From the human T2T-CHM13v2.0 reference genome, Homo sapiens, in the NCBI RefSeq assembly GCF_009914755.1, contig NC_060929.1: a DNA stretch of 64,000 bases; one strand, written 5' to 3'. The notes below the pieces were generated by a model that made no database searches, had not been told where the DNA came from, and worked only from the letters and a program-made list of their open reading frames with translations. Shown here one piece after another: positions 41,526 to 53,818 of this stretch. Position 1 is the stretch's first letter. Each line of letters starts with the position of its first letter. A program made the position numbers and the translations under genes.

Positions 41526-43996
41526 GTTCAATCTTACAAAGAAAGATGGTGCCTCAGTTTCTTTATTTGTAAACTGGGGAAACAGTATCTTCCTCATGGG
41601 GCTCTGATGAGGATTAAATAAGTCACAGCATGGAGAATGTTTAACACAGTATTAGGCTTCTAATAATGGTCCGCAAATGACAGCTTTTATTAGAATTAGC
41701 AAATTGGGCAACTATTCTGCCATAATAACATGTTGCTCTGACAGCTTTAGCTTCAACCCTCAATGATGTCAGCACATCCTATTTCTTATCTGTAACACTG
41801 TCAGGGGAGAAAAGCCGTCCCTCTGGGAATTCCTTCCTCTTTTGCCCCTTGCTCCATTCCTCCACTTCTCCTCACCTGACTTTTTGCCACCACCTCCCAC
41901 TTCTCATGCCTTTGGGCGGACAGATCTTCTAAGCAGGAGATGTGGATCACAGTACCATTCGCCTTGAAGCTGCCAGAAACAAATGCCTTGTTCTTGGAGG
42001 TCTTAATGAACCACATTGTGAAGTGGGCTTTCAGCAGCAAATAAGTGCCCCATTTTCTTGTATCTGGGCATCACTTGGGCTGCTCGTGTCTGACACACTG
42101 GCAAGGCTGCTAAGTGTATGATTTGTGCGCTCTGAATTGTGCCGTCACCCTGGCTTGCGCTGGAGCGAAAGGAGATCCTGCTGCATACCGAAGTGCTTTT
42201 TAGGGTGAGAAAATGAACATGGGCCATATTTATATAGTCACGTGATTAGCTCTTGATCAGCTGTGGCTTAGAACATCCCCAAAATTTTAATACCAAATTT
42301 TTTTTGTTGCGTGGCTTTGGAATGTATCCCATCCCATTTGCAAAGTTAACATCGTATATTTTTCTTATCATGAATGATAAATTGCTATACAGAGAAACAG
42401 AGAAATCATGGGTATAACATGAAGAATAAAAATCACCTACAACCTCTCCAGTCAGGAACGATCATCGTCAACATTTTGCATAAATCCTTATAGTACTTTT
42501 TCTATGTACTTTGGGGGGAGAATACAAATCTGTAATATTGCATATATAGATTTTGTATTTTCTCATTTTATTTCCTTCTTTTTATTATACAAGCGATACA
42601 TGGAATGTTTATTAAAATAATCATAAAGGTAAAAAAACTCCCTTAATTCCACTAGATAGAGATACCTATTATACAAATTTTGTGATTTCTTTTATATTTA
42701 TGTATACAATTATGTAACTGTTTTTAGTAAACATAATATGGCATACTTAGTTTACAGTATGCATTTGCCTAATCATATTTATCTATACCAACGTCTATCC
42801 CTGCAAATATATTTATAGGGATAGAATATATTTGTATACTATAACGTATTGCATATATGATTTATAATAGTGAGAATTTGTTAACAGCTAAAGGACTAAT
42901 CGTAGGAGGCTTACTAGTAAACTAAAGAAGAATCATACAAGGAAATACTATGTGGTCATTATGATATTTTAGAATATTTAACAATTGGGAAGATATTCCT
43001 ATTATTAAGTGTTATATTAATAAAAACCTAGTTACAAAAGAGTTTGCAGAATATATCATATTTCCATTAAGAAACAAACAAATTTATTTGTATCTTTTTG
43101 CTTTTTACTTTAAAAGACTTAACAGTGGTTCTCTCTGGATGGGAACACTTTTATTATTTTTGTTTTTCTATATTTTTTTTTCCATGAACATGTACTAATT
43201 TCATAGTGAGAAAAACAAATTCAGTATACCCCACTTCTCATTATAGGTATTGAAGTGGAAGCAGAAAATGAGGTAAAACAATGTGTTTTTATGTCATAAA
43301 TAATTTGAGAGTCTAGATTCACAATTGAATGTTGGTTTTATTTTTTATTGAAATTGTAAGTTTGAAAATATATTCTAGCAGAAAGTAAAAATTGTTCCTA
43401 ACTATAATAAGATAAGCAGTATATTTTCTTAAAGATAATTGATAGTGAATTCAATCCAATTCCCCATGGTTGGGTTGCCTGGAGTCATTCTTGACTTTAT
43501 TATCACACTTTTTTTCTTGACTCAGTATCTTGAAGCTTTGTGAATAAAAAAGTCTAAGGAACATGTGGCTGTTAATGAGTAATGACTTTTTCTTTCTTCT
43601 TGCTGGTTCTCTGAGTAGTTTATCATCGCTTGTGGCAGCTTTTAAACACAATCTTATCATCTATCTTCATTTTCTCTTTTGTACAGTAATTCCAATTGTC
43701 TTCCATTAACTTTTGCATGTTAACCTATTTGGCCTAAGGGGGATTCTCAACCTCAATATTAGTATAAAAAAGAAAATTACATAAGAACATGGGAATTTTT
43801 CTTAGAAGAATCATTTTGAGATGCTGTTGGCATATGAAACAGTATCCCAAATGGGAAGATAATATCCTTGTTAATCAAAAAACTATTTAAAAACTCAATT
43901 AACAGAATATTATGCTATATAATTAATCTTCATTGCATTTCACTGATTTTTTCCCATCCCCCCGCCAACAAAGTAGTTAATAAATCCTTGAGTTTT

Positions 43997-44288
43997 TTTT
44001 TTTTTTGAGATGGAGTCTTGCTCTGTCGCCCAGGGTAGAGTGCGGTGGAGTGATCTCGGCTTACTCCAAGCCCCGCCTCCTGGATTCACGCCATTATCCG
44101 GCCTCAGCCTCCCGAGTAGCCAGGACTACAGGTGCCGGCCACCACACCCGGCTAATTTTTTTGTATTTTTAGTAGGGACGGGGTTTCACCGTGTTAGCCA
44201 GGATGGTCTCGATCTCCTGACCTCATGATCTGCCCGCCTCGGCCTCCCAAAGTGCTGGGATTACAGGCGTGAGCCACCGCGCCTGGCC
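43997..44288 (-). mobile_element. AluY
   Basis: TTCACGCCATT, ACCGTGTTAGCCAGGATGGTCTCGATCTCC; CpG-rich. Imperfect TSD AAATCCTTGAGTTTT / AAGTCTTCGAGTTTT. Confidence 0.92.
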
Positions 44289-45863
44289 AAGTCTTCGAGT
44301 TTTAAATGCAATAATCAATAGGCTAAATTTGAGAATATAAAGTGAGTTAGCTATAGAAGACAATCAGACATTTTTCCTCTGCCTAAAGTAATTAAGTCAA
44401 AATCATCAGAAGTCTCTTTTATTCCAAGTAGTGTTGAATCTGCAAAGCCCGTTAGTGAAACTTAAATAGCAAAATTAAAAGGAAAGAAATTGAAACAAAT
44501 TTATGTGGTTTGGCTTCCAAGAAATCAGGATTGCAAAACATAAACAGAACAATAAATATAGTTATGAGAAAGAATCAAACTACTTGGAGTCTGGAAAAAC
44601 AGATGAGTAGAGATCTGGTCATGAGGAGATGAGATATGCTTGGATAATCCTAAACCAGCTGCGTCCGAATTGTCATTTTTTTAGACTTCTATGCTGGCTT
44701 TATATTTGAGAGATTTGGGGTTCAAATGCATTAAATAACTTTCCGCTTTTTTCCATAAGATTAATATGAGACTCATTGTAAAACTTTACAAATTAAAATG
44801 ACAAAAGGAACAAATTGACAAGTTGCCCATACTGCACAAAAATTAATCATGATGAACCTTATGTTGTATTTCCTTCCAGTCTTTAAAAATATTCATGTAT
44901 GTTTGATCACATTATTGACACTGTATTTTTTCACTTGAAATATGAACATTTCCCTTTCTTTTTAAATCCCTTGCTTCTTGCTTCTCGATTTAAATTAAAA
45001 TGTATATTCCTCATAGACTCACATATGAGATAAAATGAATCATTCTCCAACTCATTTTCTTGGGAGAGAGTGTTTAATTTTTAAATACGAATCCTCTTAA
45101 TTGTTATGCTATTCAATTAGCACCCTTTAACATGTGACTTTATGCCAAGTTGTTTTGAGCTTAGATGGCTTCTTTTAGCAAGGATTTAAGAACCTGGAGG
45201 TTAGGTAATTCCACTGTATAAAGACTTACCCAGTCATTATGTAATTTGTCTCTCTATTCAGTACCCAACATCCTCTCTCTCTGACCTATTTATGTCAACT
45301 CCTCCTCATCCAACAAATGGTGTTAAGTATGGAGGGAGATAGGAAAAGAAACCCTTTCTTGATCAGTTTTTTGATAAAGTCCCTATCTCTTCTTGCCTTG
45401 TGCTCCTATCATAGAAGTTAATTTTTGTCAGAGAGACACACAGCCATCTGCTTTACAGACCCTAAAATATATTCAGGGATTAATAACTTCTATTCAATAT
45501 GCCAACCTCACAGAGACAGCATGTTGAGTTTCCTGAAATGTATTCCCAGAATAACATTCAGTGAATCTTAAGACAGGAAGTCACATTCCAAAAACACCTG
45601 CAAATAATCTGCAATAGTTGAAAACTGCAGATAATGGGTCTCACATAATTGGGTCATAAATTTAATATTTTAAAAAACAGTAGTTACTATTTATTGAGGG
45701 CCGAATCTGTGTGTGCCAGGCACTCTGCTAAGCATCTTGCAAATGTTATTTCTAAGTTTTTCAACAGCCCACACAGTTCAAAGGAAATTGAGGTTAAGAG
45801 AGATTGAAGTATATAGTTTGGCCGACTGTATCTCTGAAAATACCAAACAGGAATTCCACCTAC

Positions 45864-46029
45864 CATTAGTAGACAGAAGAAAGTAAGCTGCATTCTGCTG
45901 GGGGAGCCATCTTATTTTATTGATTTTTTCTTCTATTTCTAAACTCTTCAGGTAATCGAACTCGGGTTCATGGCTCTGGAATGTGCTGTAAACATTGTAT
46001 TCACCCCTACGATGAACCTGATTTTTACT
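45864..46029 (-). CDS. PPP2R2B: PPP2R2B coding exon, 166 nt, [55 protein letters not shown]
   Basis: Lies within ORF 45778..46053. [25 protein letters not shown] is the invariant B55 signature, and [14 protein letters not shown] fit the beta paralogue. Acceptor ttttttcctttcctacAG, donor G|GTAGGT. Phase 0 start matches the previous exon. Confidence 0.98.
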
Positions 46030-46125
46030 CTGTAGGAAAGGAAAAAAATACACAACAGATTAAATCACAGTAGCCAACTGTAAAACTCGCCAACTCCCTT
46101 TTTTTTCCAGCAGTCATTGGGGGTG

Positions 46126-46165
46126 GGATGAGGGCAGGGCCATGAGGATGAGGGCAGGGCCATGA
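46126..46165 (+). repeat. Perfect 2 x 20-bp tandem duplication
   Basis: GGATGAGGGCAGGGCCATGA twice. Confidence 0.92.
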
Positions 46166-46183
46166 TAGTCACTAGCACCTCTG

Positions 46184-46191
46184 AAAAAAAA

Positions 46192-46245
<54 letters not shown>
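46184..46245 (+). repeat. Compound A26-(TA)n-(CA)n microsatellite
   Basis: Directly visible. Confidence 0.95.
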
Positions 46246-48930
46246 TATAATTATACACATGAACTTCTGTACTATCATATAGTATACATAATACATACAT
46301 AGAAATATTAAAATAGAACAAAATTTTAAAATCAATATAAATAGAAGTTCTAATATTTTCTTTTTGCATCCTAACAGATGCTGCAGTCACCCTTTGGAGT
46401 GAGTCATCCCACAGTGGCATTCGTAAATACTTACATCGACCCCTTAAAGAGAGTACAAAATTGTAGCATCTATGACTTTCATTGGCCTTTTAAGATCTCA
46501 CCTGATTCTCATGAAATCTCTGAGGTAGGGTGGGGCAAGGAAATGGACAAAAGAGGCTCAGATATTAAATGACTTTCCCTAGGTCTCACAGCTCATAAGG
46601 AGCAGATTTGGGCATCAGATATGCCCCTGCTCCTTTTTTTTTTTTTTCTTTCCAACATGAGTGACAAAGCAGACAGGAGCTCAGGGATGCTACCTGCATC
46701 ATTAAGGAATGATGAGACTTTACCTCTTGGCTTTCCTCTAGCGCTGATTATGCAATGAGCAAACAGCAGGGACTACATACATGATGAGAGAATTAAACAC
46801 AAGGGCAAGGGTCTGCAGAAACAGGAAGAAAAAGAAGAAAGGAAGAGAGGAGAAAAAAAACAGGATGTGAAAGAAAGAAGAAGAAGAGGAGGAAAGTGGA
46901 AAGGGAAGTTTTATTTCAGATATTTTAGGTCCTTATTACCAAGAGCTTCAAGAAGCAGGCTTTGAAAAACTCAAAAATTCAAATATGAGTCTTATTAAAC
47001 ATTTGTTATAAAAGCTTGACTCTTAATAAAAGGGTTAATTTCCAAATGTATATTTCTAGGTGGATATAAAATATCCAAACCCAAATCTCAACTTACTGAC
47101 CAGTGAGAGTGCTGAACCCTGGGTGTGTAATGTATTTGTGCAGACTCTCTGGGTGTGTGCCTCCTGAGAATTCACTCCTGGAGCTCACTCACTGAAGTCA
47201 AAAGCAGGTCTGCCCTAGATGATGTCACATGGGTTTGTTTCTCGGATTTAGTGCTCATTTTAATCCCAAGACTGGCCACAAAGCTTAACGCTTAACTGCA
47301 GGTTCTTTATCCTCACTGACATTTATTTTTTATTGAACAAAACTACCCTGCTTTAGAAAATGTGTCCCCCATCATTCTACGAATGAATCAGGCTTCCCAA
47401 ATATTTCACTAAATTAAAATAGGTGAAACCTATAAATAGCTAATGGAAAATGTAGAGCAGAATATTACTGGCAACATGCTGCCTTGGGTAATTTATGCTA
47501 AATAGCTCCTCCGGTTCCTCTTTATCATCACTGCGAACTTAATTGGTTTTTTTTTTTTTTTTTTTTTTTTAAGAAAAAGCTGGAAAAGGAGGTTTGAAAA
47601 TGAGTGTTCAAAAGACTTTAAATGCTGACATACTTGGTACTATCCTGCTCATTTGCAGAGAGAGCCAGTCCACCTTAACAATACATTTATAAGAGTGTTG
47701 ATTTGCTACCATCCAAATCAGACTGTCAAGTGTGTGTAGTATGTGCCAGACCAATTAGCACTAGGCAGCTCTGGAAAAGCAGGAAAAATTCCAGGTCATG
47801 AAGAGCTATTAGTTTCTACTTGCCAACCACATTTTCGTGTTTCCAGGGCCAATGGAATAGGCTGGATGCCTGATTTAATGCTGAACACTTGAATTTATAT
47901 GGAACCCCGAGGGATTACGATGCCCTTATAGAAATTAATTGCAAATAATGTGCAATTACTAAATATATCACCTCTAAATGAGGCTTTCCTTTTTTGAGGG
48001 GAGGTGTACTGCAAGTGGCTTTGAGGCACAAAGCAGGCTTTAAATTGCTAGGGAAGTCTCTTGTGAAACCTTCCTCTCACACTGGGCCTCTCTCATGCTT
48101 CCCGAGTGCCCGGTGAATCTCAGAGGCAGGCAGTGGCAGATGGGAGAGCTACTAGAACACAGACTGGCCTGCTGGAAGCTCGAAGACCATGCCAGGGGAG
48201 GCCAAGGAAATCAAATTGGGCCATAATTCCATTTTGACAAACAGAAGCAGACACCAAAAACCTCAATTTATATGAAAAAGAGAAACAATTCCTAGTGAAA
48301 CCCATGTCTCAGGAAGAAATGGGTTTATGAGAGTTACTGGAAGTTAGAACTCCTGCTCAGAAATGGTCCTATATGTAGCACTCAGCTCCAGGGCCCTCTG
48401 TGTCACCTACAGTGATACTGTGATGTGTGTCATAAGCTTTACTCAGACGCTAGTTTGTGGCCTTTTACCCCCTTAGGTGAGGTAAGCTATCATTTTCTTC
48501 TCTGCTGTCCCAAGTTGTCCTCTTCACATCTGTTGGCAAATAAACTATGTTTTTTTCCTCCTGCATATTCTGGCACACCTGAAATCAAGGGAGACTGAAT
48601 TTCAATGGCTCTATGACAGATCCCATTGAAAAAGGAGGAGTTACGCTCAACAAGCACCCATGGAATTTTGCAGGTCAGGCGAGAAGTGAAGTTGTTTTGC
48701 AGGTGTAACATCCAGGCGTAGAAAGATAAGGCCATGCCCAGAAAAGGCTCTCTTTTACAGGGCTTTTATGAGTCTGAATGTATAACAGTTGATGTTAATG
48801 ACTTTTTTGGCAGTTTTTAGTTTTCGAGCAAAGCAGCAAGGTTAAGGGCGACACATAAGGATTAAGGAACAGTAGGAGGCCTCCTTTAAAAAGTGAAGAA
48901 AATGGGCATTTTGCATTCACCACCACTTAC

Positions 48931-49028
48931 CTCCTGCTCTCGTTGAAATATTACAACCCGACCCCCCTTGTCCCCTGTCGCTAGTAATTCTCCCGTGTGG
49001 TTGAATTCTACCGTAGAGATAATGTCAG
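48931..49028 (-). CDS. PPP2R2B: PPP2R2B (B55-beta) internal coding exon, 98 nt, (A)[32 protein letters not shown]
   Basis: Manual translation of the - strand gives the hallmark B55/PR55 motif ADIISTVEF...[16 protein letters not shown]. Acceptor is cctttgtcttcttctttgcAG (AG at 49030-49029) and donor GAG|GTAAGT (48930-48925). Not present in the ORF track. Confidence 0.97.
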
Positions 49029-52000
49029 CTGCAAAGAAGAAGACAAAGGCAATTTAAGTAACTGCACACTTACTTTGAAAGGATAGATAATAGATATACT
49101 TTTCTGTGCATTTAAGGGCTTAGGGCTTTGTCTCTGCAGTGGAATTTACAAGGATGTTATGTTCTGGGTTTTAAATGCCACCAGAAGTGGCACTTGGGAA
49201 GTAAATTTCCTAGATGCCCACACTGCACAGTGGTCTCCTGGAACATCTGGAGAGAATAAAAGGGAAAAACACATTTATACCCTTTTAAGGAAGAGAAAAT
49301 TAACTTCATGATGGCTGAAGGAAATGGCTATTTTCTTTGATGATTTCTACCAACCACAGACCCTTCGTGCATCCACGGCCTTTACACCAAGAATCTTCCC
49401 CACACAGGCTTCAGTTCTGGCTATTCAAATCAGGGCTGGGGGCTGTGATGAAGCAGGGTTAGGATGCTTGAAGCTTAGACATGGAAAATGGAGGAACAGA
49501 GCACAAAGAAATCATTGGGAAAACTCTGCCAGTCGATAATTCAAGGAAGGAACTGACGAATGCTCCAGCTTGGCCCGTGCCCCTTCTTTTTTTGTGAGCC
49601 CAACACATCCTTCTGGAAGAGCATGACTTATTTCAACCCCAGGAGAAGGGTGCTGAGAAAACAAGGTCATAAGGGCAGAGAAGTGAGGGCAATTTGTACT
49701 CTGTATTTCTAATCAGAGAAAATGCACAGGCACCAGGAACTCAGATCACAGATAATTGCTGAAGGAATGCCAGCCTGCCAAGTCTTTCTTCTATGCTGGT
49801 TACCCCTGGAGGAACATGGACAGGTAAATTACCTATGATTGGATTTATTAGGGCTATTTTTAGAAAAATGTCAGAGGTTAATTCCCCCACAATTATTCCC
49901 CTGCAGGGCTCCAACAATTGCTACCAAGAGTGCAAATGAGTTAAAAAAAAAAAAAAAAAAAGAGGCAGGGGAATTATGACTATGGCCTTTGACAGGAACA
50001 TTCTGAAGATAATGTCTAGGTAAGGAAAGCAAAGGGGAAACAGTGAGGTGGAAAACTAAGGCAATTACCCCTGAGTAATTCTGATCTCAAATCTTACTTT
50101 TATATCATTATTTCAGGATTTTCTTTGTATGCCTGATTTATTCAGGTAAGTAGTGTAAAATTCTCCACTTCACATATAACTGTTCTTTTCCATGTATGAA
50201 AAGGCTCCTTATGGTCATTCATTGTGCAGAAGTTAACAAAAATAAGGCATAAACCTTGGTCACTTTCAAGCTAGACACATTTAAAAGAACAATTCTTGAT
50301 TTCTTGTTTTGACTTCTTAGATAATTGACCTCCTAGATAGCAAATACAAAGGCCTGCAGGGCCACAAAGTAACATAGGTGAACTAGAAGGACTATGTATG
50401 TCTCCTTTAAAGGGGCAAGAGGCTATTCAGCTTAAGCTGATTGGGGCCATGATTGCCTGTATTGCCATGTATTGCCTGATGTTCTCATTGTTTAAATATA
50501 TATAGGAAGCTGGAAATCAGGACTTTTATGCAAAAATCTCTTAAAGTTTATACATTGGCAAGTATTTTTTCCAATGCCATGAGAATGAAAAAGTTAATCA
50601 TATCTGTGGGCTGAATGTGGTTTGTGGGTTATCAGTTTATGACTTCTAATGTACAGAGTCTTCATTTGGAATAGGCTATCTCATTCCAATACTGATGCTC
50701 TTAACTAGAAATCTAGTTCATTTTCTCGAGAAGACTCCAGTGAATACTACCTTAAGGAAACACAAAATAAGCAATATGGTTACTAAGTTCCAGATGTAAG
50801 TTTAGAAGGTCCATTTATGTAACCAATGCCCATGAATTGAGAAGAAAGTCCAGCCAGTGAGAAAGCCAGACACCTCAAGTGAGTTATTTGACCACTTTCC
50901 TTTGTTACAGTTTGCCCATCTTAGCAAACTACTCCCATGTTTAGACGAGAGAAGGCATCTACTTAACATTTGCAGTTGCTTCAGATTGCCCTGCTTGAAA
51001 GTACCAGTGCTAAGTTACACTTCTAACATTAACCACTGCTTCTGGCTTTTCAATGAATGGTTAGCAAAGGGTTATTCATGGGGCTTCCAAATTTGGGTAC
51101 AGCCTAAAGCGGGCATGTCTATTGCTTTTCACTTTTTGTCTTTGGTCAGGTACAAAGGCTGGTCCAGTTCAAGGCTCTTGAACTGCTCAAATACAAACAT
51201 TTCTCAGAAAGAAAGAGTAGCAGGAAATAATGAGAGGGTGGTGGGAGCCAGGCCTGAGGTTTACAATGCCTGGCTCTTGTCTCAGAGCTACGTTCTAAAG
51301 TTCTGCTTACATGCAGTCTATGCCCTTTCACTGGACAGTGATTAATGCAGAACACTAGAGTTCTGGGTGGGCTGCAAGGGCCTTACAATGAGAACTAAAG
51401 ATGGGCCTTTCCTTTTGGTGAAGTTGGGTATCAGAAGAGAGTTAAGTAGCTTTTCCCAGTGTGAGCTCTTGGCTCAGTTGCCAAGAAGATATTACTCCAA
51501 GGGCAACACTTGCTTTCCCAGGGGATGACACATACATTTTCCTTCTTCCTAGACTCTGAAAATGTCTTTACTCTCACTTTAAGACCCATGCAAGTCAAAA
51601 CAAGGCAGGATTCAAGTGGAAGTCAAAGTCACATGATTTAAGCCAGTATTATTAGAATTCTGCATTATGGAGTATTAGGCATGGTCCCAGGTAATACAAA
51701 TATTTCCTTTGTTTTCCAAGTGTTATTATTTTGCAATGCTATGTCTCCCTCAAGAACCTTGTAAGAGAAAGGGTGATTTGCATGGCAGGATTCTGAAATT
51801 CCTTAGCCCTCTTGCAGAGTCCTTACCTTTATTTTAATTCTACTAGCCAGCTGCTCTGTACATGAACCTGTTTATATCATGCTATTGTCTACTTCCCTTC
51901 AGAGAATAAGCCGTGGCAGCTCAAGTTAATACTTGTTTTGAACTTTCATGTTTCCTGACTCATTTATCATTGCTAAGCCAGTAGGTGTAACTGGAATACT

Positions 52001-53818
52001 TTACTGCCCCATCCATCTCTGCATATCTTCATCTATGACTGTTTAATAATTGATGCAAAACTCATGAATCATTATACATTCCAATTTCAAGATACTGAAA
52101 CTTCTGATACAAATACTCTTGTGTTTGCAGCATGCTCTTTGGTAAGGCAGTTTAAACTGGAAAATATACTGCTCAAGACAAAATAATTTTGTGATATGGT
52201 AAGAGGATGTAGTAATAAGGTAGCAAGTTTAGAGATAATAACGTCATTTGAAATCATGATCCACAGAAATCAATTCATCAAGTTCAACATGGCTTTCACC
52301 TTTAAATTGTAAGTTTATATGACAATTCCACATTTCATTAACTGCTCAGCCTAATCATGCTGTTGATCAAGAAACTACAAACTTGAGCATTTTTCCTCTG
52401 TTGTATATAGATGTGGATAAAGTACACAATGACTAAAAACAAAAGCCAGAAACAGCTAGAAAGGTCAGATGTAGTTAAAGTGATTTTTAAAGGAAACCCT
52501 GGGTAGTGTGAAGTTTGCCTTGCTCCAAATCTATTTGTGCTGATTTAATTTCCACAAGATGGTGGCCTGGTAACCCCATTTCTAGCTCAATAGGCACTAT
52601 TAAGGCTGAGTTTATTATTTTTTTTTTAAATCAATCTCAGCATCCTACAAAAGTTCTAGACTGGTAATTTCATACATAAAGTATTATTTACCTGAATAAT
52701 AGATATTGACTTAACAATGATACGCATGTGAGGCTAATGATTGTGAGGCTTACGGAAACAGAGGAATCTCCTAGTTCATCCCTAGTCTCTTGCAGTATCA
52801 TGCTAGGCTGGAGTCTATGCAATGCCAGAGAATTGAGTTGAGGCAGGCACCTGGATTATTAGGTGATATACAACTCACATAGGAGGGTGACTGTTTTGAT
52901 AAAATGGAGACTCAGTTTAGACTTAGGATCTAAACTCAAAGTCTACAGATGGAATATCTTACTGACCAGGTCACTAGCACTGACCTCTCAACATCAATCA
53001 TAGAGATGGAAATGCAAGGGTAATGCAATTTAGTTTTCAGAGCCCATTAAATGTTTTATCTTTCATCTAAGAAACATTTGGTAGATAATATCATAAAGTC
53101 ATTTACCCTACTTGCATCAGCTGACTAGTTCTGCCTACTCAATACCTGGCTTTATTTCTGATGACTGGATTGGGTTTTGGTAGTTTTCGCCTTCAGCTAA
53201 GATAAGAACAGAAAATATATTTCATAGTGAATGATAATGGTGAAATGATCATAGTTACCAGGTTTGTGTTGAGAAGGTTTTGCGGGGTCACTTCTAGGCT
53301 GGGGTGCCATGATTAATGGGTAATGAATCTGGGTGGGTGGTGGGGGAGGTAGGATGTGTATCATTTGTCATCCCAGCACAGAGGCTTCTAGCTAGACTGG
53401 CAATGACTACTTTGTGGATCATTAAACAAACGGGATTCTTAGGTGTCCTGATGGGAATTACAGTTGTTCCTCCCATCCATATAAAACTGTGGTCTCCTTC
53501 TTGGGTCCTGGATCACGGTCCAAAGTCAGCATCCATTTTCTCTGATAAGGTTTACTTTACCAAAGTAACTTACCAAGTTTTGGTAACTGAAATAGTGCAT
53601 TTGAGCATATTTTCCACAAATAGGGGGTTGGGGAGGGGATAGGAAAAAAGTCTGGTTATGGCCAAACCCAAATACTCCTACTGGGATTATGCCAAGATGA
53701 CCTTGTTGAAAGATGTTAATATGTCATAAAATTTAGAAAATAATCAGTCAATAAAACAGTTTATGTCAAATGATTGCAATTTTGTCAAAGTGTTTTCATT
53801 TCAGAATATATCTTTTCT

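Noticed and set aside
47547-47570. T24 run (and A19 at 49943-49961) as orphan retro-tails
   Set aside because: No TSD or adjacent element body; treated as simple homopolymers.
49175-49193. TGCCACCAGAAGTGGCA as a CTCF site or hairpin near the 98-nt exon
   Set aside because: The spacing does not fit the CTCF core, and a 6-bp stem is expected by chance.
50857-51345. 162-aa ORF
   Set aside because: GTG start, antisense to the host, no recognisable motifs; consistent with chance.
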